From a candidate division WOR-3 bacterium (GTDB lineage Bacteria; Hydrothermota; Tepidihabitantia; B3-TA06): a stretch of DNA of 64,000 bases. The stretch is from NCBI GenBank assembly GCA_965649265.1, contig CBFGKC010000013.1:26879-90878 (forward strand). The letters run 5' to 3'. Below, piece by piece: positions 49,316 through 59,114 of this stretch. The notes under the pieces were generated by a model. The model was not told the DNA's origin. It did no database searches and saw nothing but the letters and a program-made list of their open reading frames with translations. The stretch's first letter is position 1. Each line of letters starts with the position of its first letter. The position numbers and the translations under genes are program-made.

Positions 49316-49696
49316 ATGAAACGCATCCTCATAGCCGCAGCGATAGCGGTATGCATAATGCCCGCAATGCTTATGGGCAGCTTATTCATCACAAGCCCTG
49401 CAGCAGATACTTCATGGAAAATATGGACCTATCACGACATCACATGGACATGGACAGGCAATACACCTGACAGCTTCGTAATAGAGTGGCTTGAAAACAT
49501 ACCAGGGCACTACCACTGGTTACCCATAGTTACGGTATTAGGTACTTATAACAGTTACAACTGGTATGTAGGTTCGGGGCTCTTCCACGTACCCGTCTGT
49601 CCCTATCCAGATGCTCTCGTAAAGATACGCGTCTTCGATGATGGAGGTCTAATCGATTACGCCATTTCCGACGGATTCCTCATCCATAACTACTGA
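49316..49696 (+). CDS. array family B copy 1, secreted Ig-like (Kre9/Knh1-N-like) domain
   Basis: Signal peptide; ITSP...W...ITW...Y.W.V...SD.F.I; start re-called at the SD-linked ATG. Confidence 0.8.
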   Translation: MKRILIAAAIAVCIMPAMLMGSLFITSPAADTSWKIWTYHDITWTWTGNTPDSFVIEWLENIPGHYHWLPIVTVLGTYNSYNWYVGSGLFHVPVCPYPDALVKIRVFDDGGLIDYAISDGFLIHNY

Positions 49697-49802
49697 GGAT
49701 ACTTGATACTTGAAATAAGAATAGAAGGAAAGATTTCTAAGAGGAACTTTTGTTGAAGTAGATAACAAAAGGACGAGGAGGCCTAACAAACAGAAAGGAG
49801 AG

Positions 49803-50261
49803 ATGATGAATCTCAAAAAGACTCTTACTCTGTTCGTTGCGATCTTCATTATTGCCGCGACACCTGTTTTTGCCCAGCCGAACGGGACCTGGGCTGGTGG
49901 CGGCGAGGGCTGGTGCCCTTATCCCGTACCCTACCCCGGCGATTACATGAAGCCGTGGCAGAACTGGAAGGGCATTGTCGAAAACGAGGAAGTGTTTTAT
50001 GGAGACTGGTGGGATGCCGGCGACAATTCCGGAACCTTCAAAGGCACCGTGACTATTATCTCGAGTTATGAGGCTTACTCCGAAGGCGAATGGTACTGGA
50101 TCGACTACAGATACGATCCGCCTCAATACCACTATATGGGAACCTTCTCGATGAAATTCAAGTACCCTATGACCAGTTTGCCTTACTGCTATGGAGAATG
50201 GCAGGGATACGTGCCCTCAGGCATCTACACCGGGACCATGAAAGGAAAACTGGTTGATTGA
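49803..50261 (+). CDS. array family A copy 4
   Basis: Same motif series. Confidence 0.88.
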   Translation: MMNLKKTLTLFVAIFIIAATPVFAQPNGTWAGGGEGWCPYPVPYPGDYMKPWQNWKGIVENEEVFYGDWWDAGDNSGTFKGTVTIISSYEAYSEGEWYWIDYRYDPPQYHYMGTFSMKFKYPMTSLPYCYGEWQGYVPSGIYTGTMKGKLVD

Positions 50262-50367
50262 ATAGAAGACAAGTCTTTAACCTGTTCATTTTGTATGACT
50301 GCGATTGAAAAACGGAAAAGAGTAGGTGGCTAATAAACCCCTCAACCTAAATACGATGGAGGAAAAC

Positions 50368-50820
50368 ATGAAAAACTCAAGGACCCTGATCATGCTGCTG
50401 GCGAGCCTTGTCGTCCTTGCGGCGACTCCGCTTATGGCCCAATCACTCCCTGGCAACTGGGAAGGCACCGGCGATGGAATATGCCCGCCGCCATGGCCGT
50501 CGACTACACCTTTGATGATGAATCCCTGGCAAAACTGGGCCGGCCAGATTCCGGCCACCGGAACAAGATTCAGCGGAGAGTGGCACGATGACGCCGGCTT
50601 TGACGGCAACTTCAGCGGGACAATAGAGATATCTTCGGTAACCTACGCCACATGCAATGGTGAATGGACTGCAATAAATCGCAGCGTCAATCCACCTCAG
50701 GAATACGTCATGGGCGCTTTTACCATGCGTTTCTACTATGCAGACCTAACGTGTAATGGTGAATGGTATTCGGCGAGCGCCGTCTACAGCGGAACCATGA
50801 ACGGCGAAAAGGTCGATTGA
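50368..50820 (+). CDS. array family A copy 5
   Basis: Same motif series; start re-called at the ATG after GGAGG. Confidence 0.88.
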   Translation: MKNSRTLIMLLASLVVLAATPLMAQSLPGNWEGTGDGICPPPWPSTTPLMMNPWQNWAGQIPATGTRFSGEWHDDAGFDGNFSGTIEISSVTYATCNGEWTAINRSVNPPQEYVMGAFTMRFYYADLTCNGEWYSASAVYSGTMNGEKVD

Positions 50821-51482
50821 TCGGGATCCTGACAAGGGTTCTCGCGCAAAAGCGATAAACGACGGTCAAGAATTAGTGGAAACCTGTAAACAACAAAAAC
50901 CAAGAAATGGACAGGAAAACCATAAAACCTCGATCATCTATGGAGGAAACAATGAAAAGCTCGAAAGCGTTGATGGTGCTTCTCGTGGTCGTAGTAGCCA
51001 TTGCTGCAACCCCGCTTGGAGCTCAATTTCTTGCGGGAACATGGAAAGGAACTGGAGACGGAGCATGTATTCCGCCGTTCCCTACCCCTGTCCCCGACTC
51101 GATGTTCCCATGGCAAAACTGGGTGGGCGAGATACCTGACTCAGAAACCGTAATGACGGGTACTTGGCACGACGTATCAGGCTATACGGGCAATTTCAGC
51201 GGAGACATAATCCTTGCCGGGCCTCTCTACGCCATATGTAATGGCATGTGGTTGGTCTTGAATCCGTTCGTCACGCCTCCGTCTCAGACAGTAGGTGGAA
51301 GCTTCACAATGCGCTTATACTACGGAACGCAGACATGTGAAGGTGAATGGTATTCTGTAGGCGGTACATACAGTGGAACAATGGAAGGTGAGAAAGACTA
51401 GTGATCAGGCTCCTGACCCGGTTTTCGCGTGATGGCGTTAAACGACGGTCAAGAATTCGTGGAGGCCTGCAAACAACAAAAA
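50818..51482 (+). repeat. about 80-bp imperfect intergenic direct repeat (50818-50899 and 51402-51482)
   Basis: Both copies contain TCCTGAC, an identical TAAACGACGGTCAAGAATT, and AAACAACAAAAA. Confidence 0.8.
50952..51401 (+). CDS. array family A copy 6
   Basis: Same motif series; close to copies 5 and 8. Confidence 0.88.
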   Translation: MKSSKALMVLLVVVVAIAATPLGAQFLAGTWKGTGDGACIPPFPTPVPDSMFPWQNWVGEIPDSETVMTGTWHDVSGYTGNFSGDIILAGPLYAICNGMWLVLNPFVTPPSQTVGGSFTMRLYYGTQTCEGEWYSVGGTYSGTMEGEKD

Positions 51483-51497
51483 ATAAGGAGAAGCATA

Positions 51498-51953
51498 ATG
51501 AATCTCAAAAAGACACTCACCCTGCTTGCCGTGATATTCATCATTTCGGCGACACCGTTGGCAGCCGACCTCTGGGGAACCTGGGCCGGCACCGGTGAAG
51601 GTAACTGCTATCCCCATCCCGGTGTAGTGATATACCCCTGGCAGAGCTGGAAAGGTGAGGTTTACACTTCGCCCGACCAGGATGCACCGATTTTCGAAGG
51701 CGAATGGTATGACGAACTCGGCAATCACGGCACTTTCAAGGGTAACATCTACTACCCTCCAATTGAGGAAGAGGCAATTGCCGAAGGCGAATGGACATGG
51801 TACGATCCTGACGGAATATCCCCCCAGCCCACGGTCGGCGGTAAATTCCAGATGACCTTCTATTTCCTTGAGGACTACTGCATCGGGAAAAGGACAACCA
51901 TATGGCCGTCCACCGGCGCAGTAGGCAGCATGGAAGGCAAGGATCAAGACTAG
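51498..51953 (+). CDS. array family A copy 7
   Basis: Same motif series; the last GxW reads GKR. Confidence 0.86.
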   Translation: MNLKKTLTLLAVIFIISATPLAADLWGTWAGTGEGNCYPHPGVVIYPWQSWKGEVYTSPDQDAPIFEGEWYDELGNHGTFKGNIYYPPIEEEAIAEGEWTWYDPDGISPQPTVGGKFQMTFYFLEDYCIGKRTTIWPSTGAVGSMEGKDQD

Positions 51954-52042
51954 AAAAGCGATAAGTTATGAGGGTGGGGCACCGCCCTCATACTCGTAAA
52001 AAAGCTGTAAAAGCATGAATCATCGATTCGATGGAGGAAAAA

Positions 52043-52495
52043 ATGAAAAGATCAAAAGCATTGATGGTGTTTCTCGTGGCCGTGGTGGCCATTGCAGCAA
52101 CACCGCTTATGGCTCAGTCACTCCCCGGAATTTGGAAGGGAACTGGCGACGGAGTATGTCCTCCGCCTTTTCCAACCCCCCTGCCCGTCATGATGAATCC
52201 GTGGGAGAACTGGAAGGGCGAGATACCCAACACGGGAACAGCATTCAAGGGTACGTGGTACGACAGTCCGGGATACTACGGTAACTTCCACGGCGACATT
52301 CTGCTTTCGACACCGACTTATGCGGTATGCAACGGTGAGTGGAGCGTTACCAATCCATATACCATACCTCCCACCGAGGTAGTAATGGGAAACTTCACCA
52401 TGCGTTTCTACTACGCCACTCTTACGTGCAAGGGTGAATGGTATTCGTCGAGCAACGTCTACCACGGAACCATGAAAGGCGAGAAAGTCGAATAA
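52043..52495 (+). CDS. array family A copy 8
   Basis: Same motif series. Confidence 0.88.
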   Translation: MKRSKALMVFLVAVVAIAATPLMAQSLPGIWKGTGDGVCPPPFPTPLPVMMNPWENWKGEIPNTGTAFKGTWYDSPGYYGNFHGDILLSTPTYAVCNGEWSVTNPYTIPPTEVVMGNFTMRFYYATLTCKGEWYSSSNVYHGTMKGEKVE

Positions 52496-52554
52496 AAAAC
52501 CGGCTCCGGGGGCGCAAGCCCCCGGAGCACTAAAAACGACTCAAGGAGGAGAAA

Positions 52555-52920
52555 ATGAAACGTCTCATTATTGCAGCATCTATAGCTGTGTGCATGTTGC
52601 CGGCAATGGCTTCGGCGACACTGGTCGTAATCTCTCCGGACGGCAATGATACATGGAGAGCCATGACAACCGAGACAATCGAATGGACATACTCCGGCGA
52701 AACACCGGACTCCTTTCAAATAGTGTGGCTGGAGGTCGGCACCGAGAATCGTTATATCATCGATTACGTCGACGGGAATGCAAGGGAATACGATTGGCTC
52801 GTTGGAAACCCGTGCATTCACGCAATCTTGGAACCCATTCAGGCTGTCGTCTTCGTTAACGCAGTAGATATTGAAGTAGATCAATCGGACACGTTCACAA
52901 TCATACCTTACCGTTGGTAA
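52555..52920 (+). CDS. array family B copy 2, secreted Ig-like domain
   Basis: MKRLIIAASIAVCMLPAM leader and TPDSF.I.WLE shared with B1. Confidence 0.8.
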   Translation: MKRLIIAASIAVCMLPAMASATLVVISPDGNDTWRAMTTETIEWTYSGETPDSFQIVWLEVGTENRYIIDYVDGNAREYDWLVGNPCIHAILEPIQAVVFVNAVDIEVDQSDTFTIIPYRW

Positions 52921-53011
52921 TGAAAAGGAGGCAAAGCTCCAAACAAAAGAGGCAAGAATTTGCCTGTTCGACAGCCGATCATAAAACACACAATCATCAA
53001 AGGAGTAAAGG

Positions 53012-53422
53012 ATGCGTAAATCGATTTTGACAATAGCAATCCTAGGAATATTGCTCGGAACGATGCCTGCGTTCGCACACTTCACGGGATTCTGGGAGGG
53101 AACAGGAACCGGTACGCTGCCTGTTCCGCCGGTCGTAATTAACCCCTGGCAATTCTGGGGCGGGAATATAACCGCCGATCACCTGGTCTTCTACGGGGAC
53201 TGGAATGATGCCGCAACCGCCGGAACGTTCAAAGGCTCGCTCGTTAGCATGTCGAGCGATGTGGCCGTTTACAAGGGCTACTGGTACTGGAACGAGAAAC
53301 CTGACAAAACGATGGGCGACTTCAAGATGACCTTCTACTGGAACAACGGCGTTTGCTACGGCGAATGGCACTCCTTTGATCCGGCTGGTTTCTCGGGAAC
53401 GATGACGGGCGATAGATGGTAA
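53012..53422 (+). CDS. array family A copy 9
   Basis: Same motif series, short loops. Confidence 0.88.
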   Translation: MRKSILTIAILGILLGTMPAFAHFTGFWEGTGTGTLPVPPVVINPWQFWGGNITADHLVFYGDWNDAATAGTFKGSLVSMSSDVAVYKGYWYWNEKPDKTMGDFKMTFYWNNGVCYGEWHSFDPAGFSGTMTGDRW

Positions 53423-53456
53423 GAGAAAACGACTAAAAAAATTAAAAGGAGTAACG

Positions 53457-53921
53457 ATGAAAAAGATAATACTTGTCGCTATTGCGGTTTTGATGCTTGC
53501 AGGAGTGACGCCGGCATTAGCTCAACCCGTCGGAACGTGGTCCGGCGAGGGTGATGGCTGGTGCCCATTTCCCGTACCGTACCCATCGGAGTACATGAAG
53601 CCATGGCAGACATGGAAAGGTCGCTTTGAGCCCAACCCGGAAGAGATAGGATACATATTCTATGGAGAGTGGCACGACGGAGACGGCAATTACGGCACCT
53701 TCAAAGGTGAAGCCATACTGGGAACACCCACCGAGATTTCTTGTACGGGAACCTGGACCTGGTGGGACGAACGCCTTGACCCTCCCCGGGTCTACGAGAT
53801 GGGAAATTTCACCATGCTCTTTCGGCGAGACGGGAGTTCCTGCGAAGGCGACTGGTACGACACTATCGATCCCAGCGGGATATATCACGGCACGATGAAA
53901 GGCTACTGGGTAGAACCCTGA
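53457..53921 (+). CDS. array family A copy 10
   Basis: Same motif series; close to copy 18. Confidence 0.88.
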   Translation: MKKIILVAIAVLMLAGVTPALAQPVGTWSGEGDGWCPFPVPYPSEYMKPWQTWKGRFEPNPEEIGYIFYGEWHDGDGNYGTFKGEAILGTPTEISCTGTWTWWDERLDPPRVYEMGNFTMLFRRDGSSCEGDWYDTIDPSGIYHGTMKGYWVEP

Positions 53922-53963
53922 GAACTGGAAAAATGCAACTCCCGGATGAATTAAGGAGTAACG

Positions 53964-54380
53964 ATGCGTAAGGTTTTATTCGCAACGGCGTTTATTCTCT
54001 TGACCGCCATACCCGTTTTTGCTCAGCTTGCCGGCACCTGGAACGGCGAGGGCACAGGCACCTGCGATTTCTACGGAACCCTTCTGCGTCCGTGGGAAAC
54101 ATGGACGGGGACAATCCCTGCCACTGAAGATTCGTTCACGGGCATCTGGTCCGACGGCCTGGGAAACTCGGGCACTTTCTTCAACACCAATATCGAAGTC
54201 ATAAGTGACGATATCGTCGTAATTGAAGGCAGATGGACGCTCACGATTCCAGACGGTCTAAAAAAGCTGGGTACTTTCAAAATAACCTTCTACACGCACA
54301 ACCGCGTTTGCTACGGCGAGTGGGACAGTCCATTTCCCACCGTTCCGCCCAGAACGATATACGGCAAAGTGGTATGGTGA
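53964..54380 (+). CDS. array family A copy 11
   Basis: Same motif series, short loops. Confidence 0.86.
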   Translation: MRKVLFATAFILLTAIPVFAQLAGTWNGEGTGTCDFYGTLLRPWETWTGTIPATEDSFTGIWSDGLGNSGTFFNTNIEVISDDIVVIEGRWTLTIPDGLKKLGTFKITFYTHNRVCYGEWDSPFPTVPPRTIYGKVVW

Positions 54381-54421
54381 CCGCAGCCGCTTTGCTCGTT
54401 CATTGATTGAAAGGAGAAAAC

Positions 54422-54859
54422 ATGAGATGCTTTAGCAAAATTTCCATGGCATCCCTTGCGATGATAGTTATCGTTGCAGCTGCTCCGCTCGCGGCGCAGG
54501 TTGCCGGCGCATGGGGCGGAGTAGGAGACGGCGAAGCCTACCCGCCGACAGGTGATATCATCTATCCCTGGCAAAACTGGACAGGCGAGATTCCTACCGA
54601 CGAGGAAACCTTTTCAGGCAGCTGGTGGGATGCTGACGGCAGCCACGGCACGTTCTACGGAGTACAGGGACCGTCCATCTCTCCCGTAATCGCAGTCTTC
54701 TCAGGAACCTGGACCTGGGAAAACTCCGACGAAATAGTCAAGGGAGGCGAATTCACGATGAATTTCTACCTCCTTTACGGAACCTGCTCCGGAACGTGGA
54801 CCTCAGTATGGCCTTCGCCCGGCACTCCCGGAACGATGAAAGGCGAAAAGTTAGATTAG
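54422..54859 (+). CDS. array family A copy 12
   Basis: Same motif series; start re-called. Confidence 0.88.
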   Translation: MRCFSKISMASLAMIVIVAAAPLAAQVAGAWGGVGDGEAYPPTGDIIYPWQNWTGEIPTDEETFSGSWWDADGSHGTFYGVQGPSISPVIAVFSGTWTWENSDEIVKGGEFTMNFYLLYGTCSGTWTSVWPSPGTPGTMKGEKLD

Positions 54860-55024
54860 CAAGTGAATTCGGCCTTTGGCTGAACCCTCCCCCCGGGGGT
54901 CTCAATACCCCCGGGGGCATGAATCTTCAAGGAACCAGGCAAGGTGACTGGATGGAAAACTAGCAAAAATGAAGGCGGCGTTCGTCGTTCTTCAGAACTT
55001 TAAGATGTTAGTCAAGGAGGAGAA

Positions 55025-55480
55025 ATGCGCAAAATAATACCCGTCGTTGCGGCAGCAATAATACTCTTTTGGGGAGCCCCTCTTTTTGCCGATCTTGACG
55101 GACTCTGGGAGGGTGAAGGCAAGGGCTACTGCTACCCCCCGTTCCCGACGCCTTATGCCTATACCATCTATGCCTGGCAGAAATGGTCAGGCTGCGTCGA
55201 GAACAAGGAAGTATTCTACGGAAAGTGGGAGGACGAAAAAGGAAACTACGGGCAGTTTGAAGGAAAGATACTTCCAGTGAGTCCATCGGATAAGTATGTG
55301 ATCGGTGAAGGCAAATGGACATGGTTCAACGTTTTCGGAAAGGAACCTGAGGAGATAACAATGGGTCCTTTCACAATGTATTTCTACTACAACGACGACT
55401 ACTGTGAAGGCAAGTGGTGGACCGACTACTCGCCTTCGATAAAGATCGGAACAATGACAGGAAAGAGGATTGGCGACTAA
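55025..55480 (+). CDS. array family A copy 13
   Basis: Same motif series. Confidence 0.88.
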   Translation: MRKIIPVVAAAIILFWGAPLFADLDGLWEGEGKGYCYPPFPTPYAYTIYAWQKWSGCVENKEVFYGKWEDEKGNYGQFEGKILPVSPSDKYVIGEGKWTWFNVFGKEPEEITMGPFTMYFYYNDDYCEGKWWTDYSPSIKIGTMTGKRIGD

Positions 55481-55504
55481 TAACTCAAAACATAAGGAGA
55501 AGAA

Positions 55505-55954
55505 ATGAAAACAACCAAAGCCCTGATCGTTATTGTTGTCTTGATGCTTGCAGTTGCTGCAACCCCGGCGGTTGCCCAGCTTGCTGGCGTCTGGGAAGGC
55601 ACAGGTAAAGGCAATGCCTACCCTCGCAACAGCACCGTGATCTATCCCTGGCAAAAATGGGAGGGTGAAATACCGAACACCCAGGATGTTTTTTCAGGCA
55701 CCTGGTCTGACAGCATCGGGAACCGCGGAACATTTAAGGGTGAAGTCGAGTTCTCGGCTATTCCTGAGCTTGCAAAGGCGAAAGGCTCCTGGTATTGGTT
55801 TGATCCTCTGGGCCCATCTAATGTCCCTGTGTACGGCGGTGATTTCGCCATGGATTTCTGGTTCACGATGGGTACATGCGAAGGAACCTGGACGACCATC
55901 TGGCCTTCAACAGGCGTAGTAGGAAGCATGGAAGGCTGGAAGGTCACAGACTGA
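55505..55954 (+). CDS. array family A copy 14
   Basis: Same motif series. Confidence 0.88.
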   Translation: MKTTKALIVIVVLMLAVAATPAVAQLAGVWEGTGKGNAYPRNSTVIYPWQKWEGEIPNTQDVFSGTWSDSIGNRGTFKGEVEFSAIPELAKAKGSWYWFDPLGPSNVPVYGGDFAMDFWFTMGTCEGTWTTIWPSTGVVGSMEGWKVTD

Positions 55955-56018
55955 TTCGAAGCGCAGTACAAAGAGGGGGTGGTCCCGCCCCCTCGCGACT
56001 TCTCAGCTAGGAGGAACA

Positions 56019-56474
56019 ATGCGTAAAGCTATGTTTTCGGCAATCGCCCTGGCGCTTCTTGCATCCGCGACATCGTCGTCTGCGCAGCTTCTGGGTATAT
56101 GGGCAGGTGAAGGCAAAGGCAGTTGCTATCCATATTCAGATTGCGAAATCTTTCCATGGCAGAACTGGAAAGGCGTGGTTTACTATCCCGACGATGCCAA
56201 AAAACCTGTTTTCGTGGGTGAATGGTTTGATGCCGAGGGAAATCACGGAACCTTCTTCGGCAAGAATTACCCGACACCCATAGAGGAGTACTATCTCTTC
56301 AAGGGCGAATGGACCTGGTACGATCCGGCATCAAAAACGGCCGAACCGGTCGTCGGCGGAAATTTCGAGATGAAGTTCTACTTCATTGCAGGAACATCGA
56401 GCGGCTTCTGGGATACCGAATGGCCCTCGCCCTCGGAACAGGGCACCATGTGGGGCAAATGGGAGGGTGAATAA
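56019..56474 (+). CDS. array family A copy 15
   Basis: Same motif series; lacks the usual last Cys and has two in loop 1. Confidence 0.88.
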   Translation: MRKAMFSAIALALLASATSSSAQLLGIWAGEGKGSCYPYSDCEIFPWQNWKGVVYYPDDAKKPVFVGEWFDAEGNHGTFFGKNYPTPIEEYYLFKGEWTWYDPASKTAEPVVGGNFEMKFYFIAGTSSGFWDTEWPSPSEQGTMWGKWEGE

Positions 56475-56519
56475 AACGAGAGACGGCATCGTCGTCTCAT
56501 AACCCGATAAGGAGTAACA

Positions 56520-56960
56520 ATGCGTAAAGTGATCGTTTCGGCAATCGCGCTCGCGCTCATCCTTGGAGCGAGTCCGGCTCCGGCACAGGTCGCCGGCACA
56601 TGGGTGGGCACGGGCGATGGCAACGCCTACCCTCATCCCGGAGTAGTAATCCATCCCTGGCAGCAGTGGAAGGGTGAGATTCCGGATGCACAAGACGTGT
56701 TTTCGGGCGAATGGTCCGATGGAGACGGCAACCACGGCATTTTCAAAGGTTCGCCTGTGCCGTCCATACCGGAAGTCGTCGTATTCAAGGGCGAATGGTA
56801 CTGGTACGACCCAGATGGGTTTTCCGATCAGCCCGTGCTCGGCGGCGACTTCGAGATGACCTTCCATTTTATGGGTGAATACTGGTGTGAAGGTACATGG
56901 ACATCGGTATGGATATCCTCCAGTTCTGACAAGGGAACCATGAAGGGCTGGAAGGATTAG
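56520..56960 (+). CDS. array family A copy 16
   Basis: Same motif series. Confidence 0.88.
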   Translation: MRKVIVSAIALALILGASPAPAQVAGTWVGTGDGNAYPHPGVVIHPWQQWKGEIPDAQDVFSGEWSDGDGNHGIFKGSPVPSIPEVVVFKGEWYWYDPDGFSDQPVLGGDFEMTFHFMGEYWCEGTWTSVWISSSSDKGTMKGWKD

Positions 56961-57024
56961 GTGAAGACGGCAAATCGAGATGGACACGTGCACATATCGA
57001 TCACAAACAAAAAAGGAGAAACCA

Positions 57025-57471
57025 ATGCGTAAATCACTCACGACAATAGTCGCGGCAATGCTTTTGATTGCCGCCGTTCCGGCTCTGGCGCAGCTGGATG
57101 GAAACTGGAAAGGCGAAGGAAAGGGTGTCTGCTCACCGCCGATAGGAACTACCGATTTTCCGATCTATGCATGGCAAACATGGAAAGGCGAGATCAACGG
57201 CGACGATTTCTGGGGCAGCTGGAGCGACGAAAACGGCAGATACGGCAACTTCAAGGGTACAATCCTCTGGGTAAGCGAAGAGGAAGCGTACGCCGAAGGC
57301 GAATGGACCTGGGTTTACGGCCCCGACTCCGATCCTCCTCAGGAGTATCTCATGGGTCCTTTCCAGATGAATTTCGTTCATTTCCCAGTAGAGACGCCGT
57401 ACTGCTACGGCAAGTGGCAGACTTATTACAGCGATGAAGCGGGAACCATGAAAGGCAGGATGATATTCTGA
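57025..57471 (+). CDS. array family A copy 17
   Basis: Same motif series; start re-called. Confidence 0.88.
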   Translation: MRKSLTTIVAAMLLIAAVPALAQLDGNWKGEGKGVCSPPIGTTDFPIYAWQTWKGEINGDDFWGSWSDENGRYGNFKGTILWVSEEEAYAEGEWTWVYGPDSDPPQEYLMGPFQMNFVHFPVETPYCYGKWQTYYSDEAGTMKGRMIF

Positions 57472-57526
57472 AAGGGTTTAACAGGATGCGTTGAAGTCGA
57501 ACGCGCAACATAAAAAAGGAGTAGAA

Positions 57527-57991
57527 ATGCGTAAGATACTTTTGGCCGCTCTCGCGGCGGCACTCGTTATCGGTGTGACACCGGCTTTTGCCCAGCCCGA
57601 AGGAACATGGGACGGAACGGGCGACGGCTGGTGTCCTTATCCGATATTCTCCACGCCGGGTGACACGATGTTCCCCTGGCAGGAATGGAAAGGACGTTTT
57701 GAACCTGATCCCAACGGAACGGGTTACATCTTTTACGGAAACTGGCACGATCAAAGACTCAATCAAGGGACTTTCAGCGGCAGCGCGATTCTGGGAACCC
57801 CGACCGAAATAGGCTGCAACGGGGACTGGTACTGGCTTGATGAGCGGGTTGATCCACCTGTATCTCGTTACATGGGTACTTTCACAATGACCCTGAGGCG
57901 GGACGGAAGTTATTGCCACGGAACATGGATAACGACCGTTTTTCCTGCCGTCTACCGGGGCACAATGGAAGGAGCATGGGTCGAACCGTGA
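57527..57991 (+). CDS. array family A copy 18
   Basis: Same motif series; start re-called. Confidence 0.88.
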   Translation: MRKILLAALAAALVIGVTPAFAQPEGTWDGTGDGWCPYPIFSTPGDTMFPWQEWKGRFEPDPNGTGYIFYGNWHDQRLNQGTFSGSAILGTPTEIGCNGDWYWLDERVDPPVSRYMGTFTMTLRRDGSYCHGTWITTVFPAVYRGTMEGAWVEP

Positions 57992-58043
57992 TCGATCACG
58001 ATCCGGTTTTAAACCGCTCCAAAAAGACTGAAAAGGAGAAAAC

Positions 58044-58481
58044 ATGCGCAAGATATTACTTGTCGTTATCGCCGCATTGTTCCTTGTTGCTGCAACACCG
58101 CTCCTTGCCCAGATCTCAGGCCCGTGGGAAGGCACCGGTACAGGTGCCTGCCCCCCGCCCTTCCCCTCTCCGTCGAAAGCAATGGGACCCTGGCGTTACT
58201 GGACGGGTGAAATCCCCGATGACGAAACAACATTCTCGGGTGTCTGGCAGGACGACTGGGGTTTTCACGGAACGTTCTACGGCGAGGCTGTCGCGGGCAC
58301 GCCTGAAGAAGCCGTTTTTACCGGGACTTGGACGGTAATAGACGATGCCGGTGGAATGGTTTACGAGATGGGTACCTTCTATATGCACTTCCCGTACGCG
58401 GCCAGGGCATGCCACGGGGAATGGTGGAACTATAACAGCGACTTGGCCCAGGGAACCATGACCGGCCACAGAGTTGACTGA
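58044..58481 (+). CDS. array family A copy 19
   Basis: Same motif series; close to copy 22. Confidence 0.88.
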   Translation: MRKILLVVIAALFLVAATPLLAQISGPWEGTGTGACPPPFPSPSKAMGPWRYWTGEIPDDETTFSGVWQDDWGFHGTFYGEAVAGTPEEAVFTGTWTVIDDAGGMVYEMGTFYMHFPYAARACHGEWWNYNSDLAQGTMTGHRVD

Positions 58482-58550
58482 TTGAAAAGCCTATATGGCA
58501 AGTGGCGAACCAGTCGCCTCGAGAACACAAAAACTTGAAAGGAGAAAAAA

Positions 58551-58997
58551 ATGCGTAAAACAGCTATAACGGTGCTTGCATTAATCCTTGTGCTTGCCGC
58601 AGCGCCGCTTGCGGCACAGATTGCTGGAACCTGGCAAGGAGGAGGAGACGGTGTATGTTCTCCCCCGCCCTTCTGGCCTTCAGACATTCCTATCTATGCC
58701 TGGCAGTCGTGGACCGGCGAAATACCGGCATCTGAGAGTTCATTCAAAGGAGAATGGCACGACGAACTCGGTAAATTCGGGTACTTCTCCGGGACAATGA
58801 TTGCACAATCGTTGACTGAGGTCTACTGCGAAGGCACATGGACATGGGTATACAATCCCGACGTTGATCCTCCCCAGGAGTACACAATGGGTCCCTTCTC
58901 GATGTGGTTCCATAAAACCGAACTGACGTGTCGAGGCGAGTGGTCCACAAGCTACAGCAACGAGGGAGGCAGTATTTGGGGAGCGATGGTCGACTAG
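58551..58997 (+). CDS. array family A copy 20
   Basis: Same motif series. Confidence 0.88.
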   Translation: MRKTAITVLALILVLAAAPLAAQIAGTWQGGGDGVCSPPPFWPSDIPIYAWQSWTGEIPASESSFKGEWHDELGKFGYFSGTMIAQSLTEVYCEGTWTWVYNPDVDPPQEYTMGPFSMWFHKTELTCRGEWSTSYSNEGGSIWGAMVD

Positions 58998-59114
58998 GTG
59001 CCGATGGTCTATTTAAAAACGGTGTCGACAGGAATTCCAAGGTCGACCTGGAACTATCGCAGAGGGGGCTCATTCCGGGCCCCCTCTACACTAAAGACTT
59101 AGTAAGGCGGAACA

